From positions 37,681,703 to 37,745,702 of the forward strand of contig CP154954.1 in the NCBI GenBank assembly GCA_039621445.1: a DNA stretch of 64,000 nucleotides, read 5' to 3'. Source of the stretch: Euglena gracilis. Lineage: Eukaryota. The position numbers were made by a program, and so were the translations under genes. Shown here piece after piece: positions 12,331-23,820 of this stretch (positions are counted from its first letter, which is position 1; each line of letters begins with the position of its first letter). The notes under the pieces are model-generated. The model ran no database searches. It was not told the DNA's origin and saw nothing but the letters and a program-made list of their open reading frames with translations.

Positions 12331-13689
12331 GCAGACCGTTCAAATTGGGGAAATGGGGACCCCAAGCACACACGATCGTGCTACGAATGAGCAGTCGATC
12401 AATGGGGGGGCACTCACCACACAACAAACTGGGCCAGAAAAGTTTTCGCCGGCCATAAACAGACAAGAAGCCTCAGTGCAACTAGGGGGGGGGGTGGATC
12501 AAAGGAATTTCTCCACGTTCATGGTAAATTCTAGATACATAGAACTCACAAAACTCATGAAAGTTAAAGTTCATTTTGTAAAGCCATTCATCCCTGATTT
12601 ACCCCCCAGTGCTAAAATCTTGGTAAGATTTCTCTAGGTTTTAATTTGCAGTTTAAGATTGCACCAATATCTTCCTGCAAACGCTTAATACGCCTGCGGT
12701 GTTTGGACATATCGTCCAGAAGAGGGATTTTGTCAGAAAAAGACCGGAAACCTTGCGAAATTTTTACAAAACCACTTTCCAATTCCCGTAGCACAGCTAG
12801 AGTGTGCACCGCTTCGGAAATAGACTCCAGTTGTGGAGATGGTTTGGAAGGAGGGGTATTTTGCGGATTCCGCACGTTTTCAGCCATTGGCTGTTCCACG
12901 CGAGAGAAATCTTTTTGCAAGTTTTTGACTTGCTGATTCACTGTTTCTTCAGTCCGTATCAGACTGTCACAAAAAAATTTCCTGACTTGGTGATTTTGAT
13001 CACGCATATCTGCAGAAAATCGCTGAAATTCTGAATTATGTGAACATGGTACTGCATTGCGGTTCTGCAACTCCGCAATTGCGGTTAGGATGTCAACAAT
13101 ATTATTCTGCCACCGTTGGTGGTAAGCATCCTGCCTGCTTGCAATATTCGCGATATGGGCGTAAAAACTTGTTTTTTCAGCAGACTTTTCACCACACCTA
13201 CATGATTTTTGCTCCAACCGGGAAAGTCTTTCCTCCAATTGCTGCACATAAGTGATGGAAGCCAAACCTTCACCTGGTTGGGTGTGCATATGGTGAAAAT
13301 ATGCCGATTCACGGCTCAGTTGCATAATGCGCTGTTGCGCTTCCTCGAATGCAGCAGCTAGGGTATCGAGCTGCTCCAAGGTAACAAAAGCTCCCATATC
13401 AGGATTTTTGTGCTCAAAAAGTACCGTTATTGGCTCCACTTTTGTAAACAAATTTTGCAAACTATGTTGCATGTGCGAAAATGCCGCGTCATTGCTGGAT
13501 TGCCTCTCACACAAATTTTCGCTCAGTCTCTGAGTGTTTTGTGCGGGTGTGTCCTCCTTTGGAGGACATGCCAGCACGCGGTGGACCACATCATCAGGTT
13601 GTTTTGACAATTGTGCCTGTAGGCACCGTTGCGACATCCTGATGCAGGGAAGTACTACAAGATGACTGACTTTGATAATCACACTGGGC

Positions 13690-14150
13690 GATGGGTTGCT
13701 CAATAGAGCCACACGTCGATAGGCGTTGCACCCATTGCGCATCGGGGTTATCACCTAAATCAAACACCGTTAGGTGTGGAAACTCGTTGGTGTGGAGATG
13801 CTCGATGGAGCTTGATACCGTTAGGTGTTGCACCCTTTGGGTGCTGGAATGCTCGATAGAGCTGGGAACGGTGGGGGAATGCTCTATAGAGCTGGGGGTT
13901 GGAGGTAATTGCTCGATAGAGCTGGCCAATGTGGGGGGATGCTCGATAGAGCTGGACACCGTTAGGTGTGGCACCCATTGGGTGGGGGGTTGCTCGATGG
14001 AGCTGTGGGGGGAATGCTCGATAGAGCTGAAAACTGTGGTGCGGTGGTGCTCAATAGAGCTGAAAACCACTGGGGTGGGGGATGCTCAATAGAGCTGGAA
14101 ACCATTGGGGTGCGGGAATGCTCAATAGAGCTGGGAGTTGCCCCATATAG
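13690..14150 (-). repeat. Coding minisatellite (~27-45 bp units) at the gag N-terminus, encoding SSIEH/SSIEQ repeats
   Basis: About a dozen copies of tgctcRatRgagct; ORF 13594-14070. Confidence 0.85.
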
Positions 14151-14487
14151 GGCCACACACCTGGGTTGGAGCATATACTCCTGCGACAAATCTTCATCAA
14201 ACTTTCTCAAAGAACTAATCAAAGCTTTTGATGTGTTGGTGCTTGAGCTCTGCATAGTTTTATTTGCAGAAACAAACACAGTCAAACCACAAAAGGTAAG
14301 CAAAGGAACAAACTTAGAAGGATGTGGCAGCGTATACTGCCCGGAACCTCCTGAAGCTTATACCTGTGCTTAGAAGTTGGCTCCAAACAGCTCGTGGATG
14401 GTCTGTAGCCTATAGGCTCAGCACCACTCACTATTTGAAGTCACCTGTTAAGATGGGGGGGAGAAGGGGCGTAGGAAAGAAACCTAA

Positions 14488-14497
14488 TCTGCTACCA
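14488..14497 (-). other. Primer-binding site (initiator tRNA-Met)
   Basis: TGGTAGCAGA on the - strand directly after LTR end GGACGGACACT. Confidence 0.85.
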
Positions 14498-15229
14498 AGT
14501 GTCCGTCCCCTGACTCTATTCCCACTGCCTGTCGGCCTACTTACACACTCCCGTGGGAACAGAACCAGGAGAGTAACAAAAAAGAAAGTCTTTCACTTAA
14601 CTATTAGTTTTTATTGCCTTTGGGCTTATGCAGAGCACAAGGCAAACCAGGTGTGATTTTGGAACCTCAGTTCCAGTAGTGTTCTCCTATCGGAGTTCAA
14701 TCCTTCAAATCTTTGATTTGCCCTTTTGGGCTGATGAAACACAAAGCAAAACAATAATACCACCTTGTAAGGGTTGCCCCTCCTGAGGTCCCTGTGAAGG
14801 GACCCCTGGCGGCGCAACCCGCGTAGGATCGTTAAAATTTGAGCACCTCGGGCCCACCTGGTGGGGGTTTTCCCCTTGGTAGAAAAGTGGGGTAGGGGTG
14901 GGTGTTGGTGAGGATGGTGATGAAAATGACATACTTTTGTTTCAGCAAATGAACTTTGATACTTGAACTTGATTGTAATTTCAACTTTCCTTGATTTCTT
15001 TGTACTTTGAATTTGCTTGCAATGCAAAACAATTGACGCCAAATGTCAGACAAAACAGAGTGTGAACAGAGTGTAAACAGAGCCCTGTGAACAGAAAATG
15101 TAGCATTGGAGGGGGGCTACAGCTGGGGGGGGCTACTTGGTATACTCTGCGCGATTCTTAATGAATTGCGCCATCGCAAGCACCCACGAAGGGGGTGCGC
15201 ATGCTTGCGCAAAGCCCGGAGGGGCTTGC

Positions 15230-16830
15230 ACATCCCCTTGGGGGTTGCCTGTTGGCCCCCTCAACCTGCCCCCTCCTTTACCTTCCCTTGGCTTGGTCAA
15301 AATGGGCTGCGGGGCCCCCTTGGGGGCCAGTGGGGCCTCAAAAGGCCCTTGGGGGCCTTGGAGCCCCCTTGCGGCCCTTCGTGGCCCCTTTGGGCCCCCT
15401 TGGGACCCCCTCTTGGACGGGGACGGGCACCCTCGGACCGCGCACACTCCTCTCCTAAAAAAATTGCCGTGCAATTTAAATTCGACTCCTTTGCCGGTCC
15501 GAGGTGCCGCCCCCCCCTTTTGCTTTCCCGCCTCTGAAAAAATTTGCATTTTTTTCTTGTTGAAACGCACAGACGGTGGCGCCACGTGCCGTGCGTGGCG
15601 CGTGCTGTCGGGGAGGGGGTACAAGGGAGGGGCGAGAAGGGGGACGGGCGCCTCTGGGCTCGTGACCCGGGGAGGCACCGCTTGGGGCCCCTCCGCTCCC
15701 CCTCCGGTCCTGTGAGCCTTCTTGGCCCATGGGTAGGGCCGGACTGCCCCCCCCCCCGCAACACTCGATGCCAATGTGTAATTGTGATTCCCCCCCCAGG
15801 CCCCGCTTGGCCCGGGGTGGAAAGCTCCTGCATGTTGAGAAGGAAACATTTGACCAACCCAGCAGGGCTGCCCCGCCTTGCCCGGTATCTCGGGGCCAAA
15901 GGCCCCCGGGGGCTTGGCAGGGGTGCGTGCTGGAGGGGGCGCCGGGGAGGCGCCTTGGGTGGGGCCCGTTCCTTGGAGGAGGGGGCTGCCCCCCCACCCC
16001 CGTGGAGGGGGTCGGGGCTGCCCCCCCCCCCCCGCGTTGTGGGCTGGGCCGCCTTGGCCGTGGCCCGTCCTCTTGAGAGGGGGGTCTGGGGGCTGTCCCC
16101 CCCTCCCGCTCCCTCCGGTGTGGAGGGGTGTGACCGACCGCAAAAAAAATCGGCAGGCGCCCAGGCGCCCCCCACCTTTCCGTCGGCACGGTTGGCCGAT
16201 GAGGGGGGCAGCCAACCGTCAAAAATCGGGAAGAATTGGCAGGCGCCCCCCCCCCTCCCTCGGCACGGTGGGCCGAAGAGGTGTGTGGCCAACCATCAAA
16301 AATTGGTTAAAATGGTAGGTGCCCCCCCCTCCCTCGGCACGGTGGGCCGAAGAGGGGTGTGGCCAACCAGCAAAAATTGAACAAAATGAGCAGGTGCCCC
16401 CCCCCGGAGCCAAATTTGGCCACGGGGCACCCCCACCGCCTAATGACAACGCAACACGAAAATGAAACCGAGATCGACCGAACGCTTGAAGGGCTCAAAA
16501 AAAAAAGGAAAAAATAATGCACACCCGGGGGCTCGAGGCACCCGTTGGGCCTCCGTGGCCCTGTGGGCCCTTGGGCCCGCAGGCGCCTGTGGACCCCCTG
16601 TGGGCCCCTGGGGCGCCGCACTGTGCGGTGTGGTGCACGTGCGGCGCGTGGGGCGCCTCATCTCGTGGGGCGCTTGCCCCTCGGGGCGCTATGTGGGCCG
16701 CGGGTGGTGGGCGAGGCCAGCCTTGGGGGGGCTGTGGGCCCCTCACCCATTGGGACCCCCCCCCGGTGTGCTCCTGTGGCCTCCTCGCCCCACCCGGGCG
16801 TCCCGTCGCCCCTCCTGGCCCCCTCGCCCG
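15230..16830. repeat. GC-rich low-complexity region with ~75-85 bp tandem units at ~16150-16400
   Basis: Repeated ctccctcggcacggtgggccgaagagg...ggccaacca..aaaaatt; many G/C homopolymer runs. Confidence 0.6.
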
Positions 16831-17699
16831 TAGCCAAGGGGCACTGTGGGGTTGACTTCGCTGCAATTGAAATTGAGATTGAACCTGCGAAACACAACAA
16901 CAACAACAAACAAAGGAAATCAGCTCGTTCCCTCCATGGTTTTCCGCACCAACCCCATTTCGGCCCCCCCCTCCCCCGGCATGGGCTAGCCTCCACAGGT
17001 AAGCCGGCCCAGGCTACGTCTGGGTCGGCGGGGGGGGGGGGGGCTTAGGCGTCCTCATCGGAGCCGGGCCACAAGGGCTCGAACTCCGCGAGGAGCAGTT
17101 GGAGCACCCCGCCGGGCTCCCCGACCTGGTGCCCTTCGGCGTCCTCGGCCTCGGGGTCCCTGGCCGTGGCAGCCGCGGCGAGGAGGTCCAACGACCCGAC
17201 TCGCTTGCCTCCTCCTCGCTCCCCTGGTCGTCCCCTTCGCCAGGCGCCTCCGCCTGCACCTCCGCATCCACCCGCTGCGGCGCTCCCTCGCCCACCAACC
17301 GCCCCACCACGCTCCGGAGGTGCTTCACCTCCGCCACCAGCCCCTTGAGGTAGGCCAGCAGGGAGCGGAGGTCCTCCGGGCGTGTGGGGGACGGTGGTCG
17401 GGGGGGGTCGGCCGGCTGGGGAGGTTCCGCGGGGGTGTCCAGGTGGGGGCGCTTGGGGGCGGGCAAGAGGGTGAGGAGGGCGGCCTCCGCCTCGGCGGCC
17501 GATGGTGGCGGGGGGGGGGAAGGGGAGAGGTCCAGGGACGTAGGGGCGACGGGGCACGTAGCGCTGCATCCTACGCACAAGAGCGAAGGATGTGCGTGTG
17601 CTCCGCCACCACCACAGTCCCGCACCCGCCGTCCCCTCGCCTCCACCTCCTGCCCCTCTCCTCCCTTATTGACCCCGTCCCCGCCCCCCCCCCTCTTCC

Positions 17700-18760
17700 C
17701 GGGGCGGAGAAGTCCCACCACCTCCAACGGAATCCCCTTGGCTGCACAATAATCCACCACATCCTCGTTGTAGGAGGGGAAGAAATCCGACCAAGGCAGC
17801 CATTGGAGATCCGTCGGATCCCAATTTTTCCACGTCACCTAAAATTCCGGGACCCCCGTTTCCGGGTGGTTCCGGCTGCCAACAATCTCCTCCACCACCC
17901 ACTCATCCGGTCCCACCTCTAGGGGGGCCGCCTTGTCATTGAAATAGAACAGTGGGAGGGGGTCGGTGGAGAACTCGTCCTCCGCGTGGAGCTTGAGTTG
18001 GCTCCGGTGTGTCTCTTGGCGGGCACCCGGGGCCAGCTCCACCACATATGAGTGGCGACCCCGGCGGGCCACCACAGTCCCCCTTTTCCACTTGGTGGCC
18101 AACTTGTCTGTGCCCGGCTGTGTCTCGGGGCGGGACCACACCTTGGCACCGACCTCCAGGGGAGGTGGGTCCCTTCTCCTGGCGTTGATGGAAGCCCACC
18201 TCTTGGCGTGCAGGGCGTTCAGGGTTGAGGCCACCTTCTCGTCCATAGCCCGCATCCGTGCCATGAAGTCGGCTGCCCCCTCGGCCTCTCGTGGGGGCTG
18301 GTGGGGCAGGCCTTGGAGTGGCCGGTGCCGCCCGAAGACCACCTCGTAGGGCGACAAGCCCGACTCTCCTGGCACATCGTGCAGGTGCCGGAGGGCCTTG
18401 GGTAACAGCACCACCCATGAGGCCTCCTTCTCCGACAGGTCAGTGATGAGCTTGGACAGAGTGTTCATCACCCGTTGGCCTGCCACCTCTGCCCGACCGT
18501 TGGCCTGGTGGTGGTAGGCCTGCCCGTAGGCACGCCTCACCTCCATGGCGGCGCACATTGTTTGCCACCAAGCCGAAGCGAAGTGGGGGCCACGGTCCGA
18601 GGTCACCACAGAGGGCACCCCGAACATGTCCCAGTGGCGGAACATGGCCTTGGCCACCACCTCGGCTGTAAGGCCCTACTTCTGGGGGGCGGCCACTGTC
18701 CACCCACTCTCACGGTCCACGCACATGGCCAGGTAATCATACACCTGGACCTCCTCACTC
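17700..18760 (-). pseudogene. pol: Integrase core plus chromodomain of family B (N-terminus deleted)
   Basis: CVDRESG, GVPSVVTSDRGPHF, HHQANGRAE, SPYEVVFG; chromodomain EWVVEEIVG...EF*VTWKNWDPTDLQWLP. Confidence 0.92.
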
Positions 18761-19199
18761 AGAACTCTTTGCCCTGGTTGGTGTTCCTCAGGTCCCCCCC
18801 TCCTTGCCGGCTGTTCATTCCCGAATTCATCCACGAAAAGATGGGCACGTGGGGAACCTCGCGTCTCCCGCGTTTCCAACCCAGGTACCCCAGGTCCCTC
18901 CCCTCCCATGACGATGGGACCTGAATCTCCCGAGGGGGCGTCCACAGGCCCCTCCTCCCCTGTGGGGTCAGGGCCAGGGCCCCCTGGCACTGAATCCTCA
19001 GCCCCCTCCCCCTCTGTGGGGCTGGGGCCAGGTCTGTGCTGTGCTGCTGTGTCTCTCCCACTGCGTGTTGTTACCGCCACGTGGAGTTCCTCCCGCCCGT
19101 GCGGTGTCCCGCATTCTCGCTCTTCCCTCCGTTCCTCTTCGATCATGGCCCTCATTGCCTCAACATCCTCCTCGCTCCCGTGGAGGCTGATGTCGGCAA

Positions 19200-20620
19200 G
19201 TGCCTTGGAGGTAGGATACGCCCATCTGCTGAGGGCATCCGCCACCACGTTTTCCTTTCCCGGAATGTAGACCACGTGAAGGTCAAACCGGGAGAACATT
19301 TCATACCAGCGTCCCCGCCTTCCCGCAGGTCCGCTGGGCGTGTCCAGGGTTTCCTTGGCCCAGGCCTCCAGGGACTTGTGGTCCGTGGGGACCAACACCG
19401 GCTGCAGGCCGATGTAGGAGGCCCATTTTTGGAGTGCCAGGATGATGGCGTAAGTCTCCTTCTCCCGCGGAGACCAGCTTTTCACCTGCCCAGCTGTGAG
19501 ATTTCGGGAGCAGAACGCCACAGGCACTGTTTTCCGTGTTGTGGCCTCCACAGCTGTGGGCATCCCCTCTGTTGGCTCCAAAAACTGTTCAAGTGCTGCC
19601 CCCACCGCCTTGTCGCTCGCATCAACCCGGAGAATAAATGGCTGGTCCGGGTTGATGGTGTGGAGCTCCAATCCCCAGAGGAGCTCCTGATTCAGGGCGG
19701 TGAAGGCCTCCCGTTCCACTTGGCCGAATTTCACAGGTTTTTTGCTGCCTTTTTTCCCTTCCACACGTCCCACCTTGAGGAGTTCCATCAGGAGGGCTGC
19801 ATACAGCGTATACTCCTTCACGTAGCTGGAGTAGTAGTTGGTGAAGCCCAGAAAGCCCCTGAGGGCTGTGATCGTGCGGGGCTCCTCCCACTTCTCCAGC
19901 GCCATGAGTTTGCCCGGTTCTGGCCTCCGTTTTCCTCCCCCCAGGATGTGGCCACAGAATTCCACTTCTCTTACGAAGAAGCGGCACTTGTTTTTGTCCA
20001 CGACTAGGCGGTGTTCCCGCAGTGCCCCTAACACTCGCCTGATGTCCTGGTCGTGTGCCTCCATGGTAGCTTCCTCCGTGCCACACCACTCTGTCCCCAC
20101 GATGATGTCGTCAACGTGTGGGTTGGCGACATCAGCCACTTCCCTCAGCGAGTAGTCGATCACCCGCTGGAAAATGGCCAATCCATTTTTCAGGCCCATC
20201 ACGACCACACACCACTGCTTGGACCCTCGGGGGGTGCTGCAGCAGGTGTATGGGCGTGAGTCTTCGTGCAGGGGCACCTGATGGAAGGCATCCTTGAGAT
20301 CAAGGACGGAGAACAGGTACCTCCGTCCCTGGTTCACCAGGATGTCTTCAATCCTGGGGAGGAGGTAAGCATCCGTCACTGTGGCCTCGTTTAATGCCCG
20401 GAAATCCACAACCCCACGCCACTTCCCCTGTTTCTTGGCCACCACGAATGTGGGGCTGCTCCAGGCACTTGGCACCCCCTCTCCCACCTTCTTGCCCCGA
20501 ACCCTCTCATCCACTAGGTCACACAAGGCCCTGTGCCTCTCCCCCGTCAGGTGGATGGGCCTCTGTTTCTTTGCCACAGATCCCGGTTTTAATTCTATTT
20601 TCCCTTCCCCCAGGGGCCCC
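19200..20620 (-). pseudogene. pol: Reverse transcriptase plus RNase H of family B
   Basis: WRGVVDFRALN, LDLKDAFHQV, MGLKN, HVDD (YxDD mutated); RNase H VDASD...EKETYAI...TDHKSL...VADALSR. Confidence 0.95.
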
Positions 20621-21079
20621 CGAACGATTCTTTCCCCCCAAATCCTGTCTCGGAGAACCTCCCCCTCGAATTCCCTCCGGAGGGCTGCCCGGAGCTCCTC
20701 AGCCTGCTGGCTGGTCACCTGCTCCCCTTCGGGAACAAGGATGACCCCTTGGGCTGCCCGTGCTTCGACCTCCCGGGCTGCCCGCAGGAGTTCCCTGGCC
20801 ACTGTCTCCTGGGTCGCCTCGTCCTCGTGCAGGGGGTTTTCCTCCCACTCAGGCTCCTCGGTATCCTCCCCCAGGGCTGCCTCCGGCAAAGCAAGCCGCA
20901 GTGCTCTGACTTTTTCCACCATTTTCAGGTATTTCACTCGCTTTTGTGCCTTTTTGGTGGCTGCTGGCTGAACTTGCTCACCCTCCGCATCATGTCCCCG
21001 AAGGAGGACCACCTGCTCTCCCCTCAATGCCAAGGCTCGGAGATGTGGAAACACCCCGAGCTGGTTTTCCTCCAGCCAC

Positions 21080-21390
21080 AGAAAGCCGATGATGGCCTCC
21101 ACGTGGATATCTGCCTCGTAGAAGGAGGCTGAGGCCGTCCACAGGGCCCCTTCCCCCTGACCCAAGCCCTCCTCCCGCCGGAGGACCAGGCCCGGGTTGC
21201 CTCACGTTCCCCCCCTTCCATCTTGGCTCCACTACCCGTCACCAGGGACAGGGGCTTGGGGGCAGGCAGGAGGTATGTGCTGGGTAGCATGCCTCTTCGG
21301 ACCAGGTTCACCTCTGCCCCTGTGTCAATGAGGGCGTTGATGAAGTGGGTCTGTCCGTCTGGCCCCCTGGCCTGCACCCGCATCAGCAGC
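21080..21390 (-). pseudogene. pol: Aspartic protease of family B
   Basis: ALIDTGAEVNLV (DTG at 21318-21326); AIIGFLWL after a frameshift. Confidence 0.9.
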
Positions 21391-21519
21391 TGCCGTTCAC
21401 TGGCACCCTGCCCCACCTCACGGAGCAAGACCGAGGGCACCCCTCGCTCTGTCTGGGGGTCCCGCTCTGGCTCCGGAGACCCGGCAGCGTGGGCCTCCGG
21501 TGCCGGTGCTGTGGCCAGG

Positions 21520-22115
21520 TCACGGATGAGCGCCTCTAGGATACGATATTTCAGGTGCCTGGGCAGGTTTTGGTGTTTGCTGCTGAGCCGAATTTTGTGC
21601 CGTCCCTTTCGTCCCCCCTCCGGTACTGGGCTTTCCAGGTTGGTGCAGGTCCGGTCGTCACACACCCGTGGCCGGAGACCCAGGACATGGGGGCTGCCCC
21701 ATATCCTGGTGGGCTTCTGGTAGCCCCAGCCAGCGTACTGGCAGTAATCCACGTCCACGTGTGGGATCCCTGCCATGTACCTGCGGGTCCGCAGGTAACC
21801 GTACCCGGGGTTTTTCAGCCACCACCGCCGTGGGCGGAGGTATCTGGTGATGGCCAGGGCCCGCTGCACCAGCCGATCAGCCAATTTTAAATCTCGTTCC
21901 CTGGTGGTCAGCGCCAGGCTGAATTCGGTGCAGGGGACCCCGCACACCACCACCTCAAAATACCCAGGCTGGAACTGTTTTTTAAAATTCCATTTCAGCA
22001 CGTCAACACAAGTGTCTGGCCGCCACCTGGGGTCCACGTCCACCGACGTGACCTGGTAACCCAGGCTGCGGTAGACGTCCCCTACTGAACCTGTCCCGCA
22101 GAACAGGTCCAGCAT
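21520..22115 (-). CDS. C5-cytosine DNA methyltransferase domain within pol
   Basis: Motif I MLDLFCGTGS, II VDVD, III CVDVL, IV CGVPCTEFS (catalytic PC), VI WWLKNP (ENx-like), DYCQYAGWGYQKPTRIW, C-terminal YRILEALI. Confidence 0.88.
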
Positions 22116-22199
22116 CCGCCTGGGCTGGTCCGCTCTCCCCACCTGCCCCAGGTGTGTCAGCTTGACCTCCCCTGTGGCCCCCCCGGTCCCTGGGGGTGG

Positions 22200-23820
22200 C
22201 CCTGAAAAATGTGTCCCGAACCTGGTTTTTTTTCTCCCGTATTACGGGTGACCAACAGGGTTTGCGGCCGGATTTCCGGTACCAGGATTCACCTTCACCA
22301 GAAACTTCGCGATTCCGACAAGAATCCGGAAAGGATACGCTTGGTGCTCGAGCGTACCCAGGCCCAAAACCACGGAATCATTGGGCTCCTCAGAAAGACT
22401 TCAAGGGCACCATCACAATCGCGAACAAGGTGAAACCACAATGGGACGGTGATCCAAGCACATGAACACAGTTTTTCCGGGACTGGGAGTACTACTTGGC
22501 ATTAAAAGGGCCAACCCAGGACACAAACCCGGAGGTGATCAAGATGGAATTCATCGATTGCCTCCCTAGGGATGAGAAGGACCGCACACGACAACTTGTT
22601 ATTCGCTACCGCGTTTTCCTTGATGACCTGGTGGAGCAATACGCCTCTACCAGTTCAAGTTTGGTCGCTAGGATTACCCTAGAAACCAAGTGGCGGCAAT
22701 GCGCCCCACCCGATCGCAAGTGGAAGTCCATTGCACTTTGGTATGTCAAATGGTTAGGACTTGCCGCAGAAGTGGATGAACTCGGTGAAAAGCAAAGGCG
22801 CGAACAGTTTGATGCTGTTCTCATGCATTTCACGCCTAGCCTCATCAAGGATATCCTAGGTGAGGAGTTGGCGAGTCATCCAATGACTCTTGACCAAGGC
22901 TGGAACTTCCTTTCCAAGCAATTGAAGCTATCACAGCTTCTTGGTCAGATTCAATCCGCTTATAACGCACACCCAACCGCTGGATTACCGGCTGGTTCGG
23001 TGAACGCATTGCAAAATCACCGGTTTCACCCACTTCACCTACCACGGGATCGAAAACACAACATCCGCGTTCTTCGGACGAAGCCACCGATAAAGTGTGC
23101 CTTTTGTGCAACAAAGCGGGACATATGTCCTGGGAATGTCCTAATCCTGAAGCACGTAAGCGTATTCAGAGTCCGCGAGGCTCGACCCCATCACGGGGTT
23201 CGGGTTCCTCTGCTTTTTCACGCCAATCGGGCAATTGACGGTCATCGGGTCCCCGTTCCGGTGGTATTAGCCCCCGGATCCTGTTCCGCGATGAGCGGAA
23301 ACACGGTACCCCTCGGGGTAGGTCACCCGGCGCCCCGGCCAAGAAGCGTGATTCTTATCGCGAGACATCGCGATCGCGTTCGCGAAGCGGATCAACTTCT
23401 TCGCGATCGTCATCGGAAAAAACCCGATGCTCCGGTCATAGTCGACGGGATACCCGCTCACCACGACGGTTTGACGGGAAATGCGGAAACCGATCCCCCC
23501 GTTACCCAGAGTCGCGACACAAATCTCGGTGTGGATCGAGTCATAACCACTCATCCAAATGTCCGCGTTCTCCTTCTCCTGGCCCTGGCCAACATCATCG
23601 CGGTATGAATCGCGGTGACAAGGGTCACTCCTCCAACCGCCATAAAGTCGGTTTCAAGATATCTTCTTTGGAGGATGACACCCCGGCTTCGGGCAGGGAG
23701 GGGGATGAGACCACGGATACCGATTTCGACGAGGCCTGCATGGCGGTGCCCACGTTGAAATCCGTGTATACCTCTAAAAGGCCCATATCCGGCTATTCGG
23801 CCGGTTCGGACCTGGAGTAG
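22200..23820 (+). pseudogene. gag: gag C-terminal part (capsid-like core, CCHC knuckle, RS-rich tail)
   Basis: KPQWDGDP, KMEFIDCLP, knuckle near 23097-23140, LEDDTPASGREGDE...GSDLE-TAG. Confidence 0.85.

Larger units (their letters stand above)
9852..14303 (-). pseudogene. gag: gag (fragmented; interrupted at ~11590-12610)
   Basis: Homologous to gag at 55554-59688 and 22200-23820; ends GSVFE-stop, where the other copies end GSDLE-stop. Confidence 0.8.
8600..15100 (-). mobile_element. Diverged, rearranged family-A-like element (copy A0): LTR, PBS, gag, start of pol; may be two fragments
   Basis: PBS at 14488-14497; coiled-coil gag ORF 12612-13754; KPQWDGDPTTW / KMEFIDCLP core at 10600-10970; knuckle CFLCDKKGH; EDYHPASGREGDD; post-protease linker VSSSRPAA. 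Outer boundaries uncertain. Confidence 0.8.
17000..22196 (-). mobile_element. Family B Ty3/Gypsy chromodomain retrotransposon, 5'-truncated, carrying a C5 DNA methyltransferase
   Basis: Order MTase-PR-RT-RH-IN-chromodomain in ORFs 21024-22142, 18676-21165, 17839-18660 and 17014-17838; LTRs not identified. Confidence 0.92.

Noticed and set aside
13690-14150. CRISPR-like array (short repeat with variable spacers)
   Set aside because: The spacers are related to each other, the repeat is only ~14 bp and degenerate, no cas genes are present, and it lies in frame in gag
16940-17045. PPT and 3' LTR start for family B
   Set aside because: A purine tract exists on - (~16964-16977), but no clear TG start or second LTR copy confirms it
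15106-17050. Long G/P/R-rich ORFs here and at 42291-43808 and 60218-61108
   Set aside because: Open in many frames on both strands because of GC-rich low complexity; no motifs
21520-22115. Bacterial restriction-modification gene or contamination
   Set aside because: In frame with a retrotransposon protease, same composition as pol, and no nuclease or operon context
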